From Eledone cirrhosa (lineage: Eukaryota): DNA of 64,000 bases. The first letter of the stretch is position 1. Every line of letters begins with the position of its first letter. The translations under genes and the position numbers were made by a program. Below, piece after piece: positions 49,901 to 64,000 of the stretch. The stretch covers positions 112,654,001-112,718,000 of the forward strand of contig OZ024744.1 of assembly GCA_964016885.1 (NCBI GenBank), given 5' to 3'. Under the pieces are notes generated by a model. The model did not search any database. It had not been told where the DNA came from and saw only the letters and a program-made list of their open reading frames with translations.

Positions 49901-50087
49901 GTTTCAGGTGGCTTGGTATGAATAGGGTCGAATTGCTATCATGGATTCACAAATGTAGCTATTTTGGGTGGGTGTAGATTTAAAACACAGGATCTCATAC
50001 CAAGTCACTTGCCAAACAAGTATAACTCAACTCTGAATTCATACAACCAGCTAATCAGCCAGTTATACATACATACATATTATATAC

Positions 50088-52145
50088 TGGGTGACTTAAC
50101 CTGTTCTTACAGGATCACTGTGCTACCAACAACATCATAACACCTGAGCAAGCTGGTGGAAAGAGGGAGGTGTGGGGTTGCATAGATCACCTACTAACTA
50201 ATAAAATGATTCAAGAAAAAACAACAAAGAATTGCAGAAACATGACTGTGGTGTAGCTGGACTATCAAAAAGAATTTGATAGTGTACTTCATGGGTGGAT
50301 TGTTAAGGCATTACAGTTAGCCAAAGTCCCACAACCACTGGTAGCTTCTGTTGAACGTCTGACCAAGAACTGGTACACCAATTTGATCCTTAGAGGTGAG
50401 AAGGAGCAAGTTAAGACTGATAAGATACATTACCAGAAGGGCATCTTTCAGGGTGATATCTTGTCAGTGCTACTCTTCGTTCTCTCGCTGAATCCACTAT
50501 CTTACCTACTCAGGAAACAAGGTGGACAAAGAAGTGGGTCCAGAAGTATCTCCCATCTTTTCTTTGTTGATGATCTGAAGTTGTATGGGCCAAATATCAA
50601 TGACATCAAGAAACAATTGGACCTCATTACACAATTTTCAACAGACATCAAAATGAAATTTGGTGAGTCCAAGTGTGCAGATTTGGCAGTAAAACATGGA
50701 AGAGCTGTGCCCTCCTCTAGAAATCTAGAGATGAATGGCCTGACAATACAACCTCTACAGTCAGGTGACAACTACAGAATTCTTGGACAGGATGAGAATG
50801 TCAGATATGATGGACCCATAAATAAGGAGAGAACCAGAACTGAATACCTCAGAAGAGTAAAGAAAATATGGTCATCAGAACTGACAGCGTACAACAAATA
50901 CATTGCCCACAATACTTATGCTGTGCCAATTCTAACGCCAACATTTGGCCTACTGAACTGGTCATTGCAAGAACTAAGTGAGATGGATGTTAGAACCCGC
51001 AAACTTCTCAGTGTTACTGGGAACTTTAACATCAATTGTGATGTGGATAGGCTATACTTCTCACGCAAGGAAGGTGCCCGGGGTCTAAAATCCATATTAA
51101 CATCATATGAGACCCGGATAGTAACACTGAAGCAACACCTTCAACAGAGAAAAAAGGTTGGCAACCATCTTGCCCAGGTTTATGAGCATGAAAAAATAAT
51201 ATCATTAGAATAGCGACTGATCTGGACGAGAGATATGGAATAAAGCCTGATATAAATCTCTCACCCAGAGAAATCGGAAGATCCTATTCAATGTTCAAAC
51301 AAGATGAAAAAATTGACCAATTTACAGAAAAAGTTGTGCATGGATACTTGAGACGTAAAACACTCAAAAGCCTGGCATGGAGTTCCAACAAGTTTATGAC
51401 ATCACACCTTGAGGGATATCTCTATGCAATACAGGAACAAGAACTCCCTACCAAATATCTGCTGCACAAAAGGGGAGGGCCATCAGCTGACAATAAATGT
51501 AGGCTATGTAAAACAAAGATCGAGGATGTAAGCCACATTGTTGCCAGCTGGGAAAGAATGTCATCTCGCTACTACCTCCCCATGAGACACAATGAGATAG
51601 CTAGAACTATCTGGAACGCACTTCGGAAAACAAATTAACAACAAACGAGGAAGAATATATTGAGACAGATGGCACTAAAGAATACTGGTGGAACCTGAAA
51701 ACAAAAACTGCCACCAAATTAAAGCACAACCAGCCTGATAATGTTGTTTGGGACCACACATTGAAAACGTGTTTTGTTGTGGAGATAAGCTGCCCACTTG
51801 ATGTAAATGTTGTCAGAAAAATACAGGAGAAGGAGGACATCTACAGACCATTGATGAGGAGTTTACAAATCCAGTATCCAAGATACACCTTTAGCTTCAT
51901 ACCCATCATTATTGGAGCTACGGGTTATATACCAACCCGCTTGGACCAAAGTATGACTGAACTTGGATTTGTGGACAAAAAGCGTAGCTCCCTAATTCAT
52001 AGTCTACAAATGGCTGCGATAGCTGGCACCTTCAAATTTGCAAAACATTCTTGCGATTCAAGGGATGACAATTTCTTTTCTTTTACAACCTTGCCACCAG
52101 GAAGGTGGCCGGTCAAAAAAAATATACTCAAAATTAAGAGAAAAA
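50088..52145 (+). mobile_element. R4/Dong-like LINE (RT, CCHC, restriction-like endonuclease), 5'-truncated pseudogene
   Basis: GIFQGD, FVDD, CRLC..E..SH, RHN, PD..D..VEISCP. Confidence 0.88.
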
Positions 52146-52258
52146 TCCATACATACATACATGATGGCCCCAAACTCGTGTTCAAGCATTGCCATCGCCC
52201 GATAAAATGCTTAAACATATGAGGCACAAATGTGACTCTTAAACCAGCCAAAGATTTG

Positions 52259-52532
52259 CATACATACATATAAACATAAATACATACATAAATACATATA
52301 CACACATACATACATATAAACATATATACATACATACATAAATAGATATACACACATACATACATATAAACATATATACATACATATATACATACACACA
52401 CACACACATACATACATATAAACATATGTACATTCATACATAAATACATATACACACATACATACATATAAACATATATACATACATACATAAATACATA
52501 TACACACATACATACATATAAACATATATACA

Positions 52533-52564
<32 letters not shown>

Positions 52565-53375
52565 TACATACATATAAACATATATACATACATGCATAAA
52601 TACATATACACACATACATACATATAAACATATATACATACACACATGCATACATATAAACATATATACATATATACATACACACATACATACATATAAA
52701 CATATATACATACATATATACATATACACACACACATATACATACATATAAACATATATACATACATACATTCATACATATATACACACACATGTACATA
52801 CATATAAACATATATACATACATATATACATACACACACACACACATACATACATATAAACATATATACATACATACATAAATACATATACACACATACA
52901 TACATATAAACATATATACATACATATATACATACACACACACACACATACATACATATAAACATATGTACATTCATACATATATGCATACACACACACA
53001 TACATATAAACATATATACATACATATATACATACACACACACATACATACATACATATAAACATATGTACATTCATACATATATACATACACACACACA
53101 TACATATAAACATATATACATACATATATACATACACACACACACACATACATACATATAAACATATGTACATTCATACATATATGCATACACACACACA
53201 CACACACATACATACATATAAACATATGTACATACATATATACATACACACACACATACATACATATAAACATATGTACATTCATACATATATACATACA
53301 CACACACATACATACATATAAACATATGTACATTCATACATATATACATACACACACACATACATACATACATAC
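52259..53375. repeat. (CATA/CACA)-based satellite with ~40-bp higher-order unit
   Basis: Recurrent tacatataaacatat anchors roughly every 40 bp. Confidence 0.85.
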
Positions 53376-53454
53376 AAAATCTTCCAGAGAGAAATTAATT
53401 CATGTATAAACAATTATCTTGCTGAACGTATTAAAATAACAATATTTAATAAAA

Positions 53455-53509
53455 TAAAGTACCAGTAATGCACTGGGTAATTGCTGGCCTTGTGCCTAAA
53501 GTAGAAACA
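53455..53509 (+). mobile_element. SINE 3' fragment
   Basis: TSD aatatttaataaaa (53441-53454, 53510-53523). Confidence 0.8.
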
Positions 53510-53649
53510 AATATTTAATAAAAAACAAAATAATGAAATATTATGTGCTATTGACAAAATAGGGGCTGAATATTTACGACGGATTAAAACCCCAACATTT
53601 TGGCAAATCAACAGCTGTTCATACGTCCTAGCAACGACAGTGAAGCATT

Positions 53650-56110
53650 ATCTTGGTGATAGCAGAGATATTAATAGGAACAAAACACCACCAAAAATAC
53701 CATCATATGTAAGTAAAACAAAAAAAAAAAAAGATTGCTGACCTACAAAAACCATAGATATGTGACAATGCTCCTTACATGCAAACAAACACAAAAAAAC
53801 TTCACTCCCCACCAACAAAGAGTAATAAATAAAATAGAAACGATGTTTGGTAACAGTAGAACCAGAACTCTTCAATATAAGATGATCATGCTCAAACAAG
53901 AATTGAGAGCTGTCAGCGAGAAATGTGTATATCAGAGAAAAGTACTTAACAAAAGATTCAGAGGAAACCAAACATCAGTCTATAGGGATATGAAGGGCAA
54001 AATAATAAGTGTCACTGAGACCCATTATACAAGCAATACTGATCCCCAAGGTACAAAGTCACCCACTTGGCAAAAAACTACCAACCCATTGCATGCCAGA
54101 ACCTGATGTATAAGATGTATACAGCTTGCCTGAACCTATTCCAGAAAGATCAGTGTGAAAATAATAACTTCATCACAGAAGAACAAGCAGCTAGAAATAA
54201 AAGGTATTATAAAATCCTAATCAACAAAACTGCAATCTCAGAGGTGCAGCAACTTAGGGGGAATATGGCTACAGTCTGGCTGGACTACAGGAAAGCTTTC
54301 AATTCTGTTCCCCACTCTTGGATGATAGAGGCTCTCTGACTTGCTAAAGTCCCAGACATTATTATCAGAGCTATAGGGAAGCTGTCTTGGGTTACTGTCC
54401 TAAAGTTAAAAACAGAGAAGGAGGACTCTATTTTCACTGATAAAATAAAATATCACAGAGGTATATTTCAAGGAGACAGTCTCTCTGTGATACTATTTAT
54501 CCTGTCATTAAACCCCTTGTCCTTTCTGCTGAAGAAATGTGAAGGATACATCATTGGTTCACAGGAGGACAGATATACGAACTTAACCCATAATTTCTTT
54601 GTGGATGCCAAGAACATAGATGGGATGAAGAAAAATTTGACCTGGTTATAACGTTCTTGAAAGATATAGGAATGGAGTTTGGCCAAGATAAATCTTCATA
54701 TATGACTGTAAAGTGGGGAAAAACTACAACCCAATCTAGCAACATTGTCATCAATGGCCTAACTGTTTCACCAATATCTGATGAGGACTGCTACAGATAC
54801 CTGGGGATAGATGAGAATATATCCTATAATGGTATCTGTAATAAGGAATGCGTAACCAGGGAATACTACACCCGATTAAGAAAAATGTGGTCATCGGAAC
54901 TCTCTGCACACAATAAAACAGTGGCTCACAATGTGTTTGCTGTGCCTGTCCTAACACCAACTTTTGGAATACTCGATTGGATGATAGACGAAATCCAAGC
55001 AATTGATGTTAGGACTCAAAATATACTAAACAACACCGGAAACTTCCACATCAACAGTGACATAGACCGCCTTTACTTGAAACGTAAGCAGGGAGCAGAA
55101 GCCTAACATCAGTCCAGACAGCATTTGAACTGCGAAGCGTAGGAGCCCGTCTCTCGAGCATTTCTATCTGCATGAGACAGATAAGATCATGAGAGTTGGG
55201 AAGGAACTCCTTGAAAGATATTCCCTGCGTGATAATCAAAATCTCACACCAAAGGAAGTTGCTCAGCAGTATCGCAGTGAATCCATGGATGAAAAACTGC
55301 ATGCTTATCAGCAAATAATCTTGCATGTATATGTTGCCAGGAAACTCCAGAGTGAGAGTAATATAGATAAGGAAAGTAGTCTATCTTGGACCAACAACCG
55401 CTATATTGGCTCACACTTTGAAGGATACGCTTTTGCAATCCAAGAACAGGAGATTAGCACGAAATACCTGATTCACAAAAGAGATAGGGATGCAGGCAAA
55501 ACACCTAGATGTGATAACAAGTGCAGACTCTGCAGAATTAACATCGAAGATGTCACCCATGTCATCAGCAGCTGTCCAAAGATGTCATCGCGGTACTATC
55601 TACCTATGAGGCATGATGTAGTGGCCAAAACACTGTACAATGCAATCCATAGAAAAGATAGCCCCGATAATAAACACATTAAAAGCTACAGCAATGTGGA
55701 AGACATCCATGTACATAATATAAAAGAGTACTGGTAGAATGTTCCAGTAAAAACCCCAATAAAATGCAGGCATAACAGACCAGATAATATGATATGGGAC
55801 AGGGAAAAGAAGGCATGCACAGTAGTGGAAGTTAGCTACCCAGCAGATGCCAATATAATATCAAAGATTAGTGAAAAGGAGAATATTTATGCAGAACTAA
55901 TGAGAAATCTGCAGATACTCCACCCTGACTATACCTTCAGATTTATACCTGTGATTATTGGGGCACTGAGATATGTCAGTAACTGCCTCAATACAAATCT
56001 TGAGAAGCTAGGCTCACAGGAACAGAAAGAACACAACTAGTTAGGAAATTACAAGTACAATCCATTAATGGAACAGTAAAAATATGTAAAACATTCCAAA
56101 AATGTTGCAT
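53650..56110 (+). mobile_element. Second R4/Dong-like LINE family, degraded
   Basis: NYQPIAC, WLDYRKAF, GIFQGD, CRLC..EDVTH...C, RHD, RPD..VEVS. Confidence 0.85.
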
Positions 56111-56252
56111 CTAATAACTGCATATACACATGTACAGATACAAAGCATATACACATGCACACATACAACTCAAAACATCCACATCCACACATACAATAAC
56201 ATCCATATCTACATATGTATACATGCATACATGCATACATATCTACCTAGAG

Positions 56253-57118
56253 CATTGGTTCCCAACCAGTGGGCCATAGCAAGTTATTGGGGGAGCCACA
56301 GGAATTAACTAAAAATCACAAAATTTCATACATAAAAAAGAAGAGTAGTTTCCTAACATAATTTTTTCTTTTTCTTGCTTCAAATTTTAATATTCAACTT
56401 TTTATCAACTCTCTACCTTTGCTAATTATGATTTTACTTCACTTGATAATTATTTAAATCTGAATATAACAATTTATGTTTTAGTAAATAAACTTAGTAA
56501 ATAAACTTATTTTTATAACAGGATATATATTATTTATTTTAGTAAATTTCTCATTGACAAAATTACTTTGACTATTTTGAAGTACTTTTCATTATTTATT
56601 TTAGTAAATTTATCATTTAAAACTGGATATAGAAACTCTTTTTTTATTTATTTTAGTGAATTTCAGAAAAACAGAAAAAAAGAAAGTATGATGATACATA
56701 TCTTCAAATGGGATTTGTTTGCATGCAAAAGAACAATATTGATTTGCCTCAATGTGTAACTTGTTTCAAGGTACTGGGAAATGACTCTATGAGGCCTTCT
56801 AAGCTCAAATTACATCTTTCAAAATGTCACCCTGAACTACTTGGAAAAGATGAATCTTTTTTTAAAAGGAAATCAGAAATCTCATTAATTTGTTTTTTGA
56901 AATTAAATAATATGTTCTTATTTTAATGTTTTTTGTCGAAAAAGGGTTTATAATAAATTTAAAATGGTTTGATTGAAATAAAAAGACATGCCGAAATTAT
57001 TTCTACATAAAAAAATTATATCAAAAATTTTTTTTTTTAGGGGGGGGGGGGGGGGGGGCACATACTGTTTTGCTATATCATTAAGGTGGAATTTATTATA
57101 AAAGGTTGGGAACCGCTG
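56253..57118 (+). mobile_element. hAT (Buster/Charlie-like) internal deletion derivative
   Basis: TIRs cattggttcccaacc / ggttgggaaccgctg; 8-bp TSD acctagag/acctagat; BED-finger remnant PQCVTC..MRPSKLKLHLSKCH at 56700-56880. Confidence 0.9.
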
Positions 57119-57244
57119 ACCTAGATGATGTGTAAATTCCAATGAGAGAGTCTTATGTCTATGTTAGACTCTCTCTCTAAAATTTGTGAAATTATAAAAC
57201 CAGAAGAACATACATATACACATACATACATGTAGACATACATA

Positions 57245-58270
57245 CATATTAACATCATATGAGACCCGGATAGTAATACTGAAGCAATATCTTCAACAGA
57301 GGAAAAAGGTTGGCAACCATCTTGCCCAGGTTTATGAGCATGAAGAAAAAAATATCATTAGGATAGCCACTGATCTGGAGGAGAGATATGGAATAAAGCC
57401 TGATATAAATCTCTCACCCACAGAAATCGGAAGATCCTATTCAATGTTCAAACAAGATAAAAAAATTGACCAATTTACAGAAAAAGTTGTGCATGGATAC
57501 TTGAGATGTAAAACACAGACCATAGAGGGGATAAACCACTCACAAAGCCTGGCATGGAGTTCCGACAAGTTTATGACATCACACCTTGAGGGATATCTCT
57601 GCACAGAAGAGGAGGGCCAGCAGCTGACAATAAATGTAGGCTATGTAAAACAAAGATTGAGGATGTAAGCCACATTGTTGCCAGCTGAGAAAGAATGTCA
57701 TCTCACTACTACCTCCCCATGAGACACGATGGGATAGCTAGAACCCTCTGGAACGCACTTCGGAAAACAAAATTCAAAACAAACGAGCAAGAATATATTG
57801 AGACAGATGGCACTAAGGAATACTGGTGGAACCTGAAAATAAAAACTGCCACCAAATTAAAGCACAACCGGCCTGATATTGTTGTTTGGGACCACACATT
57901 GAAAACGTGTTCTGTTGTGGAGATCAGCTGCCCACTTGATGTAAACATTGTCAGAAAAATACAGGAGAAGGAGGACATCTACGGACCATTGATGAGGAGT
58001 TTACAAATCCAGTATCCAAGATACACCTTTAGCTTCATACCCATCATTATTGGAGCTACATGTTATATACCAGCCCAGGACCAAAGTATAACTGAACTTG
58101 GATTTGCGGACAAAGAGCGTAGCTCCCTAATTCATAGTCTACAAATGGCTGCGAAAGCTGGCACCTTCAAAATTTGCAAATCATTCTTGCGATTACATGG
58201 ATGTCAATTTCTTTTCTTTTACAACCTTGCCACCAGGAAGGTGGCCGGTCAAAAATATACTCGAAATTAA
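57245..58270 (+). mobile_element. Second copy of R4/Dong family 1 3' end
   Basis: Highly similar to 51093-52140; (CATA)n flanks. Confidence 0.88.
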
Positions 58271-58799
58271 GAGAAAGAGATAAACATACATATATATATA
58301 GAGAGAGATAGATATATATATATACATGCACATATGCACACATTCATGCATACATATTTGCATACATTAATACATACATACGTACAAACATACATATATA
58401 CATATATACATGCATACATACATACAACATACATACATACAAACATACATATATATATACATACAGCATACATACATGCATACAACATACATACAAAATA
58501 CATGCATATATACATACATACAACATACATACATACAACATACATACATACATACATACATACAAACATACATATATATATATATACATACATACAACAT
58601 ACATACAACATACATACAACATATATACATACAACATATATATAAAGTCAGACAAAGCTAGTCATTGCACCCCAATTCTCCCACACATACACTCATATGT
58701 AGAGTTCATATTAAGAAACATTTACAGAAATGCCACACCCTAGATATCTAGGCCAGCATCAAACCTGATGAACAAAACATTGGAAGAGAAAATTCTCTT

Positions 58800-59880
58800 C
58801 AATAAATTAAAGCTCTTTATGATTAGCAATACAAAGGCATACCCTGGGGAAGAATGTACCCCCCCCCCCCCCCCCCCCCCGCCCAGCATAGGTTAGTCAT
58901 TAGAGACATTTCAATAAGCAAGAGAGAGAATGAGATACACAGGAAGGTGTGGAAAAGGAAGGTCTGGAAGCTAAAAGACCTTTTACTAAAATATAAATTT
59001 AGGAAAGCTCTTCAAGATGTGTATGACGAGAAAGAAGACGAATAAGAATTGTATGACATAGATGATAACTGGAAGTTCTTGCATGAGAATTTACTGCAAG
59101 CAACTAGAGAGACTTGTGGCTGGAGTTTTGCTCCAACCACAAGTCAAACAGAGGGTGACTTGGTGGTAGATAGAATCATTAAAGACAAAAGACAAGCATG
59201 GAAGGATTGGAAAAATGGTGAGAGTAGAGACCGATACACAGCCGCTAAAAGAGAGGCTAGATGTCAGGTGTACTTAGCACGCAGGGAGGCTGGGAGTAGG
59301 AGGTTTGCCAATGATCTGCAATGAGAGAGAGGATCAGAGACATGAGGTGTTCCGCATTGCAAGGTGTGTGTGAACCTAGCAAAGATTAAAGTGTTGATTA
59401 ATAGGAAAGAGGACAAAACTCTGATTCTATCAGGGAAATAGCCATGCTGCATGGTATGAGATATGGCCAGCAACTGCGGAGGATATGCAACGGTTGGAGA
59501 GAAATGAAGCAAGCATTCTCCGATGGATGTGCAATGTCAATGTGCGTGAATGACCAAGCATAGATAAGTTGAGAGAGAAACTTTGTATAAGAGGGGTAAG
59601 TTGTGGTGTGCAGGAGAGAAGGCTGAGATGGTATGGACATGTGATGCGCATGGAGGATGACTGCTGGGTAAAGAAGTGCCAAGAAATCCCAGTAGAAGTA
59701 AGACGCAGTAGAGGTAGACCACGAAAAACATGGGCGGAGGTGGTGAGAGCTGACCTCAGATCGCTGGAGCTCACGGTGGAGATAACAAAGGACTGTGACG
59801 ACTGGAGAGATGCTGTGCTGAATAGAACCCATCCCACCCTTGCAAGCAGGGAAAAGCGGATGTAAAATGGTGATGATGAA
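58800..59880 (+). mobile_element. Internally deleted RTE
   Basis: Pieces homologous to the 45397 ORF with the RT core missing; RRLRWYGHV..GRPRKTW; (GAT) tail. Confidence 0.8.
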
Positions 59881-60109
59881 CAGATGCAAACTGTATGAAA
59901 CTGATTGTCTATTATAACAATGCCAGTTTGTGTATAATACCACCTTTCTCTCTCCCTAAATTTCTGTACAAAAAAAAAAAAAAAAAATCCCAGCCAACCA
60001 CTACCATGTTCCATTTTCTTCAGGAAAAGGAATTTTAACCTTAAAATATAAAAATATAAAGTAAAAGTGTAAATTTTTTTGTTTAAACTGATATTAATTT
60101 AATATTAGT

Positions 60110-60272
60110 TAGGGCGGTGAATTGGCAGTATCGGTAGAGGGTCGGACGCCATGCTTTCCAGCATAGTTACGTCCCTTTACAGTCTGAGTTCAAATCCCGC
60201 TGAGGTTGACTTTGCCTTTCATCCTTACGGGGTCGATAAAATAAAGTACCAGTAATGCACTGGGTAATTGCA
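60110..60272 (+). mobile_element. tRNA-derived SINE lacking its normal 3' tail
   Basis: 15-bp TSD taatttaatattagt (60095-60109, 60273-60287). Confidence 0.85.
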
Positions 60273-60928
60273 TAATTTAATATTAGTAGTCTTATATACA
60301 AGATTATATGTTATGTATCATTCTTCTATCTTTTTTAGTTCTTTTTCTTGCCTATGGAGCATTGGGAGGCAAGAGGTCTCCTTTGCAAGCTTTGCCATGA
60401 GCTAGGCCCATGTCTGCCAGGTCTTTCTTTCTCCACAGATCAGGTTTTGATGGTTCTGCTTTCCTTCTTACACCTTTCTGGCTTCCATTTGAGGGAAACC
60501 TTGACAGGTGTCTTTGTGGACATACATAGCAGATGACCAAACATTGCCTGCCGATATACAGTGCTGATATTTTCACAGATTTCCCAATAGGACCCTTTCC
60601 ATGACATCCTCAACAGGACCCTTTCCCTATGATGTGTTCATGTCAAGAAATCTTAAATATAGTTCTAAGGTAATGTTCTTGGAAGACATCTGTAGATCTG
60701 TAGATACTACAGATCTTTTTCCATGTCTTACAGGCATAAGTCACCATTGACACAATGATTTACATATAGAAGAGAAGATTTGTGTCATGGCTAATCTTGC
60801 ATACAACAACTTATTTCATATACTTTATATTATATTTAACTGGCGTCACGCAGTAATACAGAAGACCCAACTTCCCATGGGAACAAGCCGAAGCTGAAGC
60901 ATATAGACAATATGCCACCACACCCTCC

Positions 60929-62010
60929 CACTGCAAAGTGGTCAGGGAGGTGTCACGACAAAAAAGCACCCAGCCCACACTGTAAAGTGGTCTTGGAGGT
61001 GTCACGACAAAAAAGCACCCAGCCCATACTGTAAAGTGGTCATGGAGGTGCCACGACAAAAAAGCACCCAGCCCACACTGTAAAGTGGTCATGGAAGTGC
61101 CACGACAAAAAAGCACCCAGCCCACGCTGTAAAGTGGTCTTGGAGGTGCCATGACAAAAAAGCACCCAGCCCACACTGTAAAGTGGTCTTGGAGGTGCCA
61201 CGACAAAAAAGCACCCAGCCCACACTGTAAAGTGGTCTTGGAGGTGCCACGACAAAAAAGCACCCAGCCCACACTGTAAAGTGGTTGTGGAGGTGCCATG
61301 ACAAAAAAAGCACCCAGCCCACACTGTAAAGTGGTCTTGGAGGTGCCACAACAAAAAAGCACCCAGCCCACACTGTAAAGTGGTCTTGGAGGTGCCATGA
61401 CAAAAAAGCACCCAGCCCACACTGTAAAGTTGTCTTGAAGGTGCCACGACAAAAAGCACCCAGCCCACACTGTAAAGTGGTCTTGGAGGTACCACAACAA
61501 AAAAGCACCCAGCCCACACTGTAAAGTGGTTGTGGAGGTGCCATGACAAAAAAGCACCCAACCCACACTGTAAAGTGGTCTTGGAGGTGCCACGACAAAA
61601 AAGCACCCAGCCCACACTGTAAAGTGGTTGTGGAGGTGCCATGACAAAAAAGCACCCAGCCCACACTGTAAAGTGGTCTTGGAGGTGCCACGACAAAAAA
61701 GCACCCAGCCCACACTGTAAAGTGGTCTTGAAGGTGCCACGACAAAAAAGCACCCAGCCCACACTGTAAAGTGGTCTTGGAGGTGCCACGACAAAAAAGC
61801 ACCCAGCCCACACTGTAAAGTGGTCTTGGAGGTGCCATGACAAAAAAACACCCAGCCCACACTGTAAAGTGGTTGTTGAGGTGCCACAACAAAAAAGCAC
61901 CCAGCCCACACTGTAAAGTGGTCTTGGAGGTGCCACGACAAAAAAGCACCCAGCCCACACTGTAAAGTGGTCTTGGAGGTGCCATGACAAAAAAACACCC
62001 AGCACTCACT
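60929..62010. repeat. 49-bp minisatellite, ~22 copies, inside an RTE/SINE-type 3' UTR that continues to 62180
   Basis: Unit cacactgtaaagtggtcttggaggtgccacgacaaaaaagcacccagcc; followed by ggaagggcatccagctgtag and (GAT)n. Confidence 0.95.
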
Positions 62011-62300
62011 GTAAATGAGGTTGGTGTTAGGAAGGGCATCCAGCTGTAGAATTGAAGCCAGAATCAGTTCCTGTATGAGCAAGACAAGGTCAGCCGACCA
62101 GACACTGCCCACAACAGGACAACCCGTCTAACCTATGCTAGCATGGAAGAAGGGACATAAAACGGTGATGATGATGATGATTAGTAGTAATCTTGTATGC
62201 TTATCATGCAAATTAGACTAACCATTTCAGCTATTTTATATACTAGCATATTTTTCAACACACTGATGCATATATGTATATGTGTGTGTGTGTGTGTGTG

Positions 62301-62335
<35 letters not shown>

Positions 62336-63260
62336 ATATGCATACATTTATATATATGAGTATATAAATATGAACACGCAAACACACACGCACATACCTT
62401 CACATAAACACACACATACATTCACACAAACACACACACATACATTTACACGCAGCGTAGCAAATGGAATGCTAGCTGCTGTTTTGCTATAGTTTTTTCA
62501 CCATCCTCTTTCTACCTTTTACACACACATACATTGTGTGACAGACGGACAGAATTTATATATAGATTCACTATGATATATAAAGCATTGTTATAGCTGT
62601 ATTTCCTGTATATAGAATCATAGGAGTAGTTATTCTCTGATGATCTGACAATGACATCTGAAATGTAGGCATTACAATATCTTCTGAAATTTTTGGAAGT
62701 GTTTACACTTCATCATTGTGTTTGCAGCTAACATTTCTTCTATGTAAAGAATGGTAGTTATATCTACCTTAAATTACCCTAAATCTTCATATATTCTTCT
62801 TCTTCTTCTTCTTCTTCTTCTTCTTCTTCTTCTTCTTCTTCTTCTTCTTCTTCTCCCCCTCCCCCTCCTCCTTCTCCACGCACATCCTACTCCACCCTAC
62901 CTCCTCCAGATGAGGGGGACTCCTACGCTACTGGCTTTGCTCATAAAATTTCTCATACAATTCTTTCTTTAGACAATCTAATCCCATGTCCATAGTACCG
63001 GAGTTGTGATCTCTCAATATGGAGAAGTAGTGGCTCTACCTGGAGTGACTCAGTGATCTCTGAGGTATACACTTTACCGAGTAACATTACTCCAGAATCC
63101 CTTTGGAGAAACCCCATTTCAGCTGCTTACATTTGTAATTATATTCTTTTGGTCATTAGCCAAGATTCATAACCATGAATACCAAATTGAAGATAGTAAC
63201 TTTGGCTTTTACACCTACCTCACTTTTTTTGGTGAATAAGTGCTGAAGCTGGTGCATTAT

Positions 63261-63517
63261 ATCTGTAAATTAAAGGTGGGAACTGGGAGAGGGCACTTGC
63301 CTTGGTGGTCAGGGTCATTGTGGCCTTTTACTGGGCTTTCTCCACAAATATCCCTCCGAAGTCTCCCCCCTATTGGGGAATTTTTCATTGTTATTTTTTG
63401 TTACATCCTCTGTTTTTGTTTTTTACACGCAGAAATGCCCATTTGTACCGTCCTGTATTGTCCTGCACTGTCCTTAATGTCTACTTTATGTAAACCCTTG
63501 TGGTTAATAAAGAAATC
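63261..63517 (+). mobile_element. Tx1 family 1 3' UTR fragment
   Basis: Matches 19543-19790; cattat on both sides. Confidence 0.85.
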
Positions 63518-64000
63518 ATTATTGCAGCAGTTCCTGCAATTCTTACATTTCATTCAGCCTTATGCTTTCGTCACTCATGAAAACGGCCACAAGCTACTTG
63601 AACTTCTCCAACTGCTTCAGTGTAACTCCAGTCACATGCACAGCTGACTATGCAGGCTTCCTTGATAAGACACGTGTCCTAGTCTTTGCAACACTGATTT
63701 TCATAACAGCCTAGCAACACTTGACAACAAAATCATCTAATGTAAGTTGGAGATCACCCACCGGTGAGTTAGTTATTGTCCTTAATTTCCCACTATCCCA
63801 TAGAGTAGAGAGTGTTCTTCATTTGAGTCAATAACTGACAACCTCTCTAGTACCTGTGCCATGATAAATGCACCTAGTACATCCTGTAAGATGGATGACA
63901 ACAGGAAAAGTATCTTGCTGTAGAAACCATACCAAAAAAGGGTTGGTTGAGATGACCCAACATTTGTGTTAAGAGCAAGACAACCTCTCTAGCGTCGGTG

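Noticed and set aside
51997-53373. MYVC-rich ORFs (also at 2294-3090, 35126-35558, 58267-58661)
   Set aside because: Translations of (TA/CA/CATA)n repeats.
56708-56926. Host ZBED/SCAND-like gene exon
   Set aside because: It lies between hAT TIRs with an 8-bp TSD, so it is a transposase remnant.
60811-62112. Long ORFs (433, 321, 316 aa) and a CRISPR-like look
   Set aside because: These are translations of a 49-bp tandem repeat that lacks stops on one strand; there are no unique spacers and no cas genes.
62631-62680. CTGATGA..GAAA hammerhead candidate
   Set aside because: Stem II does not pair and stem I has a mismatch next to the core; at best a decayed relic.

Overview
AT-rich eukaryotic DNA with no recognisable host gene. 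The SINE families, (TA)n/(CATA)n microsatellites and RTE load suggest an octopod cephalopod (inference). The window is almost entirely nested transposable elements: Penelope-like elements (PLEs) with many type I hammerhead ribozyme (HHR) motifs and fold-back ends, two Tx1/L1-clade LINE families, several RTE families, R4/Dong-like LINEs, a DD37D (maT) mariner, a hAT/Buster deletion derivative, a MITE, a probable Helitron, tRNA-derived SINEs and satellites. Main observations: (1) two near-identical RTE-BovB-like copies are each interrupted at the same (TTA)n tract in their 5' leader, by two different Tx1 families; (2) in both Tx1 families the ORF1 stop lies inside AG/GTAAGT, and removing a 51-52 nt intron would fuse ORF1 to ORF2 in frame; (3) about 15 HHR motifs from many sequence families occur, and four PLE-like families share an 'inverted arm without tail plus main arm with tail' architecture. 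All calls come from manual reading; boundaries are approximate to a few tens of bases unless a TSD or TIR is quoted.
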